A stretch of DNA of 47,559 nt from Folioceros fuciformis (Eukaryota), in assembly GCA_049999805.1 (NCBI GenBank), contig JBNGIO010006373.1:474770-522328 (forward strand). Reading direction: 5' to 3'. Both the position numbers and the translations under genes were made by a program. How positions within the stretch are numbered: the first letter of the stretch is position 1; every line of letters begins with the position of its first letter. Below, piece after piece: positions 36,794 to 47,559 of this stretch. Below the pieces are notes generated by a model that saw only the letters and a list, made by a program, of their open reading frames with translations, did no database searches and had not been told where the DNA came from.

Positions 36794-39700
36794 TCAACAT
36801 CGGTGTAGGGGTGCGGGGTAGATGTCCAAGTACTCGTATCGACCTTTCATGTTGGGCGGCATCGCTGGCATCTCCTGCACAGGCGAGAATCCATTTGGCC
36901 TCAGCTCTCAGAAAGTCAGTATAGCGCGAAAAACGTGGACATCATTTCACATGGCAGGGGATCAGAGGTCACGACCTGGTCGAACTTGATTGGCGGGAAG
37001 TACATTGGATCTTCCATCATTATTGGGTCCATGGACTTGATTATTTCTTCCGCTTCCTGCTCAGTATATGCAAAACATGTGTTCAGCACAGGTTCAACGA
37101 ACGCGGACAGGGTTCAAGAAATGAAGAACTTCATCACACGATGGGAGACGATACTCACAATTCCGCTGAGTTTGGACTTGACCACCAGTTCGTCCACAAG
37201 TCTTTCCAAGATGCGTCTGTTCTTCCGTAAGGCCTCCATGGCCTGGTCTTCGGTCTCATCGATATACTGCAACCATAGACGAAGCAGTATGTGGTTACGG
37301 ACGGGTAAATTCTAGAAGAGCGGCAAGAATAGGCCGTGAAAGCCTTAGGCGTACAGCCCGAATCAAGGATCGGAGGCACCCATCCGCTTACCCTCCGCAC
37401 TTCCCTGGTGAACAGTTCCGAAAATTCAACAGTCATGTTCGTGATAAGCGAGCCTGGTTTGCTCCACTGCATAGCACAGACGATTCCAACTTTCATTCTC
37501 GTACGAAATGCAAGAAATGAAAAGGAGTGGGTTCCATGTGCCACAACTGGAAATCGCCATTAGCCATGAGGACGTACGGAGATTGAGCAAATAGTGACAA
37601 ATGAACGAGAGGTCTACCTCATTGGGAATCAGAGCTACTTCTCCCGGGCGTTCTTGAGGATCGAGGTGCCCTTGCCATTGTTTAGGGAAAAGTCCAAGGC
37701 GTGGGCTTGCATGAGTGATCGCAATCTCTCGCGCAATCTAAAACAAGACCACGATTAGCCACTAAAACACAGAAGTCAATATCAGGCTGAGTCACGGTCT
37801 GGACAATTACCCTGGAGATGTTCACAAGGTCATCCTGCCCTCCATCCGTGATGTCATCACCGTTTATAAGCCGTTCAGCACACCGACCGCCATGAGCGAC
37901 AACCATTTGCATCTTTAAATATCCAACGGTGGTATACCCCAATTGCAGCATTTCCTCCCGCGGGAAAAATACCGTTAATGCAGTATCCTACACACAGAAA
38001 CAGCACCCAAAGCTTTGAGCCACACACCTGTTGAGGCGTATTTTACAGACAAGAAGCTTCCGGTGCAGCTCCAAATCTGGAATATACCTTACCACCTGGT
38101 AACAGATTACTAAAGGCATGCCAATCAAAACGTGGGAAGAGATGTGCCAGGAGTATATGGCCCGCCTCGTGCACTGCAAGGAGTCTCTTTGTTCCCTCAG
38201 GTACCTGTTGAGGGAGTACGAGGAAGGTTTTCATTTGTCGCCGTAGGGTAGGCAAAAAAAGAGTAGAGTGGCCTCACACAATTACGCACCTGAGAGACAA
38301 TCCTTTGCTGCTCGTCGTCTGTCAGAACCATGCCCATCCCTTCAAACAGTTGCTTGTCCAAAACTTCCAGAAAGTCAGTCTGAGTGATTTCAGTACGTCC
38401 CTTTCTGACCTGAATTGAACGACATCAAGGGGAGCCAATAGGGGCCTGAAATGACGAGCTCCCAACCTGTTGCAGATATATGACGTGCAACTACACACTT
38501 ACCGCCATAATCCCAGCTTCATTGATGAAATTTCTGATGTCTGCCCCGGAGTACCCTATGGTCCTGTACACCATCTGAAACATATGAGAACAGATGGGGT
38601 TCAATTCATACAGCACGTGTACAGAGTGCTCTTCGGTCAAAAAACGAGTATCACTGTGCACAACCAGAAGGCCTACTAGGTGTAGTCTTTCAACGAGGAG
38701 GTTTGGAGTACAATTGAACTTCTTAAACAAGGATACTGGCAGACAAGCTGGATTATTACCTTAGAGAAATCCACATCCTTGGCCAACCTTTTGCCTTCAC
38801 TGTGAACCTCAAATATCTGCAGTCGTTCTGCTTCTCCAGGTAATCCAATAGTGATCTCCCGATCAATGCGACCAGGCACCGTGAGCTGTTCATCTAGCTC
38901 ATCAGGTCGATTTGTTGCAGCAATGAGTATAACTGCCTGACGCAGGGAAAATCTATCAACATCTGTGTCATCTGGCCTGCAATTGCCACAGCATCAGTAT
39001 TCACCTGCAGTACCCGACCTGGACCTTGCCATTATTCCAACAGAGAAACACAACCTATTGAGAATAGCAAAACAAGACTGTCTGGGAACACCACTCACTC
39101 GCCATCTAGTTCAGCCAGCAGCTGCTGGAAAGTTGCCCTTCGTTCTGCATCATCTTTCGCATTCTTTCCCGCAAGAGCATCAATCTCATCAATGAACACA
39201 AAAGACGGTGCCTGCAAGGACAAAACCTTCACGTACATCAGAAAGTTGCCACGACAACAGGCCAAGATGCACAGTGCAGGGAAGTTCCTTACATTCGCCC
39301 GTGCTGTGAAGAAAATATCAAAGACCTTGTCGGATCCATTGCCAGAGCTGGATTCAACAAACTCTGCACCAGATGCAAACACGAAGGGAAGACCACACTC
39401 TCTTGCAATTGCCCTTGCAAGCAACGTTTTCCCAGTTCCAGGCGGTCCACTGATGAGGATCCCCTGAGTTCAGTCCATCACATAAAGACTTTCAGGCTGA
39501 GACCAACCAAACCATAGAAAGTACAAGAGTATAACCCCGTCAAACCTTGCAGGCCTTAAGCTCAAAACTATTCAGATGAAACATAAGAGACAAGAGCTAG
39601 CAACTTACCCTGGGCAACTTCACTCCCCTGCTGTGGTACTTAAGTGGATCTCGCATGTAGGTCATAATTTCGTCTAGAACTACCCACACATCCCCTCCAA

Positions 39701-42379
39701 CAACAACATCCTTGTACTGTGACTTTGCCTTGTCGGCAGCAACCTCCGGCTGAAGTTGAGCAAAGAATTCATGGAGTCAGCTCAAGCGGCTATCAGGAGT
39801 CACAACATATGTGGTACACAGAGAAGAGACTAGGGTCAAGGCATTGGACCAGGATCAACTGTCGACGATTCATGGTAAGCAAATCATATATCTCCTCCGA
39901 CATTTTTTCTTTTGCCCGATATTGAATGGCACGAATGTAAAGGATAATGAGCACACCAGGAAGTGTTGCAACAAGTGCTCGGAAGAAAAATGAGAAATTA
40001 CTGCGGCTCAGTATATCAATCTCCACTCCACAGTTTTTCAATTTCGGGTACAGAAATGGATCAACTGGCACATCGACCTGCGAAACGTGATATTGTTAGC
40101 CTGGCATTACACGGAACACTTGTGGCGAATATGGAGGAGTCCATAATCCAACTTTCTCCCCCTACAAGATTCCAAGGCTTTCTATGTCGACAAAAACAGT
40201 GTTCATGTGGCTTCGGATAGCCCTAGAGCGGAACGTACCACAAATTCCGATGGAAACCCCTCCTTCATGGTCACATAAAGCTTTCGCATATCTGTGCTGA
40301 ACACAGCAGAAGCAACCTTGAGGAGAGAAGAGGTTGGTCAGATGCCACAACTCTCAGTAGCACTCTGGTCGACCAGCCAAGCAGGATTCCAGTTTCAGTT
40401 CAGAGCATGGGCATTGCAGGCAGGACGAAAAGTTGACCAGCACCTCAGATGACTATTTGATAAGGAAATATACATGTCCCACAAGAAACGGATTTTTACG
40501 GGTACCTGAAGCGTTTCCACTTGTGAGAGGAAATACGTGTAGGGCAGCTTTGGCCTGTACTTCCACCACCTCCTTGCCACCCAAAATGATGCTCTCAATT
40601 GGGGAGGCAAGGATGCACGAAATGACTGGTCTGCAAGGTAATTTTGTCGGACTTCTGGCATGGAAGCTTGAACTTGGTATCGAGAAGTTTCGTCTGTCAG
40701 CTCCTCCAGCTGCTCCTGAGCAAAGATCTTTTTCCACTCATCAAGCCTTTGTTGCCAGGTGCTCTTTGACCACCTCTCTTCTTCCTGCTTCTGACTTTCA
40801 GGCGTAGACACTGCTTCCTCCCCTGCAACAGAACGGGGAGCTTTTTCAGCTAGCATTTCCAACAGTGGCTGATCTGAGAAACACGTCCATCTAAGTCCTT
40901 GACAGCACCCTTACCAAACGAGGCTCACTGAGTTGGAACAGAAAAAGAGCTCAGATAGCAAGAACCCACCGTAAATTGCAATGAACTCTTCTCGCTTGCG
41001 TTGCTCTTCTGCAAGTCTACGAGCCTTGCCTCTAGCTCCAATCTTTTTCAGTTCAGCCTTTTGTTCATCCGTCATACCACTGTCATCTTCATCAATGATC
41101 TTGTCCAGGTCTAGTAACTCCTCATCAGGCTCCTCCCATGCGTTTTCACCCACATAAGAAGGATCCCTATGATACTCTCCATCTTTCCCGAGCATATATT
41201 TGTGGACCTCAAGTCCGTCTGGCGCTTCTTCCCTGAAGACACCTCTCTTCACCCTGCACCGAGCTTTGCAGGGGTAAGCAGACTAGTCCACGAGAGCAGA
41301 CCAACAACGCAGAACAAAATCATTGTAAAGGACTTTCTGTGCACGATGAAACATCCGCATCAACCGTGTACGCTCCTGTTCCTTAGGATGTTGATACACT
41401 TGGGCCTGGAAGGGCGTGGTGTACGTGTTTTGGATCGGAGAGAAAATGTACTCACTTTTGAATGTTCTTCGTTGTGGGGGCCGGTATCACCGCTTCCATG
41501 TACTCATTTGCTAGAGTCTTTATCATGCCCTTCGACGCTCGTGGTCGAGTGACACCGGAGTACATTCCCGCAAGAGATACAGTTGCAAGCAACACATAGA
41601 GGACAAGAGTTCCAACTCTTCGGCCATCCCAATTTTTCACGTTCTGCATCAAACAGAGAACATAGTCAACACCTTCTGGGGAAAAATGTGGAGGCCACCC
41701 TCACACAGACTTGTTAACATTGTGCATGTAGAGCACCTGTTCTTACAGGTGCAATTACCGTACTGACCTTCCACATATCCCAACGATTGTAAGCCACAAA
41801 CAGGGGCCAATATCGGGCCCTGGCCTCATTGAATTCCTTCCCACCCTTCTCTTTCAACCTCCTCGCCTCCTTGAGCAGCACCTGAATCTGTTCCTTCGCC
41901 TTGTCAGACGTGATCTCCATAAAGCCCTTCACAAATCTGTATTTCGACAAAAACCCAGCCTTCACCGCCGCAGGCTCCACCCCCAGAGCACCTGTCACTT
42001 CCTCGACGAATTCTTCGTAATACCGAGAAGCACCTATTCGAAACGCGCTCTTCAGCCCCCTGTTATACTTCTCCCTTGAGCCCCCGACATTGGAGGCTTC
42101 CTGCCGCTGGCTACCGTCATCTGCCGAGCTGCCCCGTCCCACATTTCGAGCTCTTATCACAACGGTTCGACTCAAGAACCTTGACCTCGGTCGACCCGTG
42201 CAGGCAAACGGTAAACCACCATGGCAGAAGTCCTTGCCTACTGCGAGCCCTAAGATCCAAGTTGCATTTCCATGAATTCTGCTACCTGACGCCCGCTGCG
42301 AGAAGGGGCGTTCCAATCCCCTTCTCGGCAACACGAAACTGGGGCAGGGGCTGCAGGAAACGAGTCCCGCGACCACCAT
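36794..42379 (-). CDS. FTSH12: Chloroplast AAA+ metalloprotease FtsH12, multi-exon
   Basis: Transit-like N-terminus, RRWWKYRPKLPYTYFL, Walker A GPPGTGKT, Walker B FIDEID, ATNRPDELD, LLAVHEAGHILLAHLFPRFDWHAFS and C-terminus LDIYPAPLHRC* (stop 36794-36796). Confidence 0.93.
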
Positions 42380-42586
42380 TCCAGCTTCAACGGAATGTGT
42401 CCCACCTTATAATGCAGGGGAAAAGTTCATTGCTTTCAAACGAATGCAGAGAACCCCTGCCTTGGTCCTTTCATTTGTACAGTGTCCCTATCTGCTTTGG
42501 CAATTCAGGCTCTCCATTGCTGTCCAGGTACATACGCTGAAGTTGGTGAGGTGGGGGTCGGGGCTGGAACTCCACCTCCCAAAGGT

Positions 42587-42595
42587 TTAGGGTTT
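42587..42595 (-). promoter_or_regulatory. Telo-box (AAACCCTAA) ~210 bp upstream of the FtsH12 ATG, in the divergent FtsH12/RPS17 intergenic region
   Basis: TTAGGGTTT on the + strand; any function is inferred only. Confidence 0.4.
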
Positions 42596-43832
42596 AGCAG
42601 ATTCATCATTCATGTCATATCATTTACGACTAAAGAAATTTCGTCAGAAACTATTCAGTCCAGAGCGAATCAACTGAATTCCGCGAATTCGCCCACTTTT
42701 CCGCCGAAGAAGGTAGAGAGTCTTAGAATTGATCGATTTCGATCGCCTTGCCTTAGGGTGAACATAACGGATAGAATAGGGGTGGATAGGAGAGGCGGTT
42801 TTGGCTCCACGTTCGTAGTGTATGCGAACGATCGCTAATGTTTTGATGTTGTCACCGGGTTCAGTGCGCTAAACTTCGTACTGCATATGTCCAGTCTTAA
42901 AATCTGAATGGCAAGCCCTCCAATCCGACCTGAAAAGTACATAGGGCTTTTACTCTTCCGAGAGCAAGACTATGGCACTTCATAACTTGTGTTGTTCTCG
43001 GAGCCCCGCGAGTCCCCCCCCGCGCACAACCGTCTGACTCGCGAATCAGGCGACTCGCGACTCGCCTGCACATTCCCCGTCGGCTACTTCCACCGCCTTC
43101 GATCTCCATCGACCGCAATAGAAGAGGTCCAGCAAAGAGCCAGATTACGTTCCTTGCTAAACCTGGCACGCGTGTCTTCTGCCTGAGGGTTCCGGTTTAA
43201 CGAACGGAATGAAGAATCGCGGGCTCCACTAGGGGTACCCCGGACACGATGAATCTGGCTGCTGTCCCAGCGCACGGACCGGATCCATCCTCCGGGGGCA
43301 ATCAGGTAAGGATTCTTGTCTCTGCGGACACCTGATCGCGACGGGCCAATGAGCCATGTGCTACTTGGCCTGTATCCCTTCATTTTTCTCACGTTATCTG
43401 GCTGAAACCACCACACCTGCGGAATTACATGTTCCGTCCGCTCTCTCCTGCCTCGGCTGATACTTTGTGCGAGCTTGCCTCATGCCCAGCTGACTGCGAG
43501 GTAGAAACTGCCCCTGTAAACCCCACGGCAAATTACAGGGACGGGGATGCGGCCGGCCAGACCACACGCCAGATACATAAACACAGCAGCCACAACCTGT
43601 TTGAAGAGGATGCAGAAGACGAAGGAGGCAACGACAAACTGCAGATGTAGTCGCAACGAGGCCACCAAGAGAGCCAGCTGCTGCAACTGTTCTTTGAACA
43701 ACGTCTCATTCTGATTGTCCTGTCATAATACAGACACCGACAGGCAGTTCTTCTCTCTCATGCATGAATTCGCAAAACTCTCAACCCTTCCCTCCGGCTG
43801 AACACTGCGGAGCAGCAGCAACCAGCGACAGC

Positions 43833-44273
43833 ATGGCGCTCTCCGGGATGATCGCGTCATCCTTCGCCACGAAACCACTGGCTGCCCCGGCCAAGCTATC
43901 CTCGTCCGCATTTTTCCAGGGTGGAAAGCTGGCGTCCTGTAGGAGCATCGTTGTGAGGCCGGCACTCATGCCAGGGTTCAGTCTGCAGGTGGAGGCTATG
44001 AAGAAAGTGCAAGGCAAGGTGGAGGTCTTCAGGATTGCACCGCATCCCAAGTACAAGAAACGGATCAAAACTAGCAAAAAGTACCAGGCTCATGACCCGT
44101 ACAACAGCTGCAAGGTGGGCGATACAGTGACGCTGGTGAAGTGCGCGCCGGTGAGGAAAACCAAGGCATTCCTTGTCAGGGAAATCAGGGCGGCTAAGGT
44201 AGCTGTGAGGAAGGCGGCTGCCGCGTCTGAGCTTTCCATTCCCTTGGAGTCGGCAGTAGCACCTCCAAGCTGA
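43833..44273 (+). CDS. RPS17: Plastid 30S ribosomal protein S17 (uS17c), nuclear-encoded, intronless, with an internal in-frame deletion
   Basis: Ser/Ala-rich transit peptide, then MKKVQGKV, APHPKYKKRIKTSKKYQAHD, KVGDTVTL, PVRKTKAF and C-terminal IPLES. Confidence 0.9.
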   Translation: MALSGMIASSFATKPLAAPAKLSSSAFFQGGKLASCRSIVVRPALMPGFSLQVEAMKKVQGKVEVFRIAPHPKYKKRIKTSKKYQAHDPYNSCKVGDTVTLVKCAPVRKTKAFLVREIRAAKVAVRKAAAASELSIPLESAVAPPS

Positions 44274-46876
44274 TCGCTGAAGGTGCGTTCTCTGCTACAG
44301 CCGGTTGTACGTTTTCCTGTTTTCCTGCTAGGATGAATCAGTATGATTTCTTCTGTCAGTCTCCAACTCTAGGAGGTGGTGAACATTGTCTACCTTTCTT
44401 GTGTTCCTCCTCGTCGCATCGGGAGAGATTGCAATGGGCTTCGTTTGCAAGTTCCGGTGCTTTACTGTGTTGTATGTGTGCATCTTCTCTCACCCACTCT
44501 CCGTCGATCACAACGCAATGTAGAACTTCCATAATCCAATGCAGCACTCGCAGTGTCATTGTGAGACAGGTGCTGTTTCTGGATCATGAAAAAGCAGGTG
44601 TGCACTTTCACTAATCCATTAGAGAGGATCCTCCTTCGCTCGCTTCAAACGTTGCTTCTTCTTCGTGAGGTCACTACAGTTAAATGCTTCCGGTCACTCA
44701 CACTGCTTTCCCTACATGTGGGTAAGTACAGCACCGTAGATAGTTCCTATAGGTGACCTTTCATCGCTCACACCTTTTGGGTAGTGCAATGGCTTCGTTC
44801 GTTGATATGTAGCATGCTGGTACAGCCTTAGGGTTCGCAGTGATTGCCTGAGATGTAACTGCCCTAACCACCTTGTCATTCTTTGACGCCTCTTATCATT
44901 GCTTTCTCTCCTCTTTAGGGTGAGTTAGAGTTGTCTCACATTTCGCTGGCAAGCCTGTTGGAGACTGGTGCAAATCTGCAATATCGCAGGCGGCTGAATT
45001 TCTATGTGCATGTGAGACTTTCTACCAGCAAGACGAGCTTCAAGGGCTTGCGGCTGTGACCTTTTGCAACGTGTAGAGGTCAGTATGAGATGTTCCAGTT
45101 AAGCAACAACTTGCATGATAGGACCAAATGGGTGCTTCTAATCATATGATTGTTTTTTGTGGCCAGTCAGGTACTTGTGCCTCCATGGGTCTGTAATTTC
45201 TGGCTCATGAGAGCCTCTTGCTGTCTCTGATTTGGGCCATTCAGTCCTTGGTAGCAGTGGCAACTGGGGAGCCCAAGTTTCTGCCCATTTCCGGTGGACT
45301 AGTTCTGGCAGGCTACTCGCCCTCTGTTTTTTTTCCTAGCCATGAATTCTGTCAGCTATCCTTCTCGCTGTCCATGGGGTGTTTCTCGTCTCCTACAATT
45401 TGACGTGCAGGAGCTTTTTCCCTTTTCTGTGTCCATAGGCTCCACACGTCTTGCAATATCCTCTGGCTGGGCTACCGGATGTGATAACGAGGACTTTTCT
45501 GTGTTGTCTGGCACGCAACGTCCATTCCGTGACGCACAACATATGTGGTATTGTTGCTAGAAGTGAGCTGTCTACTCCCTGGCCCGTTTGACATCAGAAA
45601 GCTTGCCTACTTTATTTCTCCCATCAGATGTGTCAGAAATTGGCTTTGCAGACCAAGGAGTTGGGCGGTCAAATTGGCAGCCTGTTCCGAGTCACTCAGA
45701 ATTTAGGATTGGAGGTCCAGTAGTTGAAGACCCTTGAGTCGAGAGGATATACTTAGAAGGGCAAATAATGCTGGCTGGTAACAGTCGTTATTTTTCTAGG
45801 CCTGAAGATTTTCGTAATCGAGAAGTAATAGAAGAATCGTCCGGCGGCAAACGATAGCAGCCTCCTAGGCAGTGGCCACTTTCATGTGGTTGGGCCAGGA
45901 GGATGGGAAAGAAAGGATAAATCAGTTACCATGGACATCAATATCCACCCACTGGACAGCTCGGTGTCGAATGCAGAAGAAATTGGGACGCTTCAGATGT
46001 CAACATTTTCAGCACACACGATACCTCTTAGTGTGGTGCTTTTTCTGCTCGTTCGTTTGTGTGTACCCACGTGGGTCTTGTGAGACGCGGTCCTCCAGAT
46101 GCTTGTGATGGACGCTGCCCATGTCTGTAAAGCTCATTGTGGCGTGAGTGGCGTGACTCTGGGTGGGCCAAGCTGGAAACACCTGCCAGTCATCTACAGC
46201 ATGTACGCTATTCCCTGAAAAGCTCGGGCTTGGCTATCCTTGCTACGAGCCAACAGCACCAGATCTGAAAGGCAACAGATTCCAAAGCTGTACGAAAGCG
46301 CGTGTAACAGAGCGCGAAACATAGAAGTAGGAGAATCTGGACCTAACGCTGTCATGATCCTGCAGACCGAAATCTGCTACACACCTTGAGCATCCAGATG
46401 ACGCTCGGTGGACCAGCTGTTTGACCCCTACATTCCACGTGACTCCCAACAGGACGACGATGGAATGAGGTGGTAACACGGGTCACCTCACACAGTGAAG
46501 TACCTGCTCCTAGTCTTGGTTGAGGCGAATTCATTCCTCGGTCGTACTCACATCGAACGCACCTGGAAAGGCACGGATAAAGGTGAATATTCTGAACAGG
46601 CAGCACGACTATCCTCGGGCGTGGGCGAATGAAATTTCCAGAGACAGGGACAGTGACAAGGGAAGCCTTGATACGGAACTGCAAGGGCCACTAAGAAGGG
46701 GAGCGGTGGCTCCCGCAGGCTCAAAGGACAAATTGGGAAGGAGATCCGGAGGGCCCGCTCCCATCTCATCGAATCCCCTCGAGCCACAGTGCCAACCCAA
46801 AGCAAAGCAGATAACAGTCACCAAACTCCCTTCCTCCCCACCCCATGAACATGCTCCTACCACGGAGTGATCAATC

Positions 46877-47559
46877 ATGAGCCTTCCAGTGAAAGACTTA
46901 ATGCAAAGAGCAGCAGCAGTGTGCGCCACCTACATCGAAGAATCCCTCTTGACGTGTGCCGACGAGTACGTAGCCACATGGGTACCACTCACTTACCGGG
47001 CCAAGATGGCCTGCTACATCCTGCAATGGTACCGGGCAATGCCGCTCAAGGGCATCATCCTAGGCCAGTCTCCGTCCAGCCTCGACAGCCCTAACACCTC
47101 CTTCCCGGACACGGGGCCCATTCCCCTGTCCGCGGCGTTCTCCTACAACGAGGACGCCCTCGCATGCAAGCGGCAGGGCGTGGTCGTTCCACCCCTGGCC
47201 ACAGACCTCCTGGCCCAGGAGATCGGCAAGACCTGCGCCGTGGACGAGGAGGCAGTGCTCACGTCTCTCAGGGACTGCCACACCCTCTTGGACCAAGGCG
47301 TCATCGTCTGGTACGCCCTCCCCCTCGGAAAGCAGGAGATCCGCTACAACAATTACTCGGAAGACGCCTTCCGGCTCAAGCACAACTCCCGGCAAATCCA
47401 AACCCTAGCTCACGCCCTGCACCAGCTCATCTCCATCAGCAACGAGATGGAGCCGAGCGCACTGGAATCCACCACCGTGGTGGCCCTCGGGGTGTGGGCC
47501 AGGCGGGTATCCGCGGCCATCCGGACCACGGTCTCGGCCCAGTCCGCAGAGCTCACCCG
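46877..47559 (+). CDS. Divergent uracil-DNA-glycosylase-fold (UNG-like) protein, intronless, 3' end beyond the window
   Basis: Manual translation gives 227 stop-free codons from ATG 46877 to the window end, with C/G-ending codons dominant. The motifs KGIILGQSP, AAFSY, VPPLATDLLAQEI, DQGVIVWY and VVALGVWARR are collinear with UNG motifs. Confidence 0.6.
   Translation, partial: MSLPVKDLMQRAAAVCATYIEESLLTCADEYVATWVPLTYRAKMACYILQWYRAMPLKGIILGQSPSSLDSPNTSFPDTGPIPLSAAFSYNEDALACKRQGVVVPPLATDLLAQEIGKTCAVDEEAVLTSLRDCHTLLDQGVIVWYALPLGKQEIRYNNYSEDAFRLKHNSRQIQTLAHALHQLISISNEMEPSALESTTVVALGVWARRVSAAIRTTVSAQSAELT

Noticed and set aside
38155-38175. Possible inactive FtsHi paralog
   Set aside because: The Zn-binding HEAGH (HExxH) motif is intact and the flanks match FtsH12.
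47060-47401. 113-aa minus ORF in the track
   Set aside because: Antisense shadow of the C/G-ending-codon-biased plus-strand UNG-like ORF.

Overview
Eukaryotic nuclear DNA from a compact-genome, seed-free land plant. About 14 intact genes lie in 47.5 kb, most with short GT-AG introns. A PLS-type PPR editing factor and a flagellar-type LC8 dynein light chain point to bryophyte grade, and a hornwort is my best guess (inference). In order, the genes are: a Moco-sulfurase-like PLP protein, a PLS-E+ PPR, two tandem SULTR sulfate transporters, LPEAT2, a START/polyketide-cyclase-like protein, FAHD1, a CCDC137-like protein, PIG-F, LC8, a PHD+telobox-Myb protein, FtsH12 and plastid RPS17. Three things stand out. 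(1) An intronless, GC-rich ORF absent from the ORF track starts at 46877 and runs off the window. It carries collinear uracil-DNA-glycosylase (UNG-like) motifs with substituted catalytic residues and may be foreign or viral. (2) A ~1.2 kb tandem duplication of the convergent FAHD1/CCDC137-like 3' ends has decayed reciprocally, with a modular 39-bp minisatellite at the junction. (3) Plastid RPS17 lacks an 11-aa conserved core segment. Gene spans include introns, and all family calls come from motif recall, not database searches.
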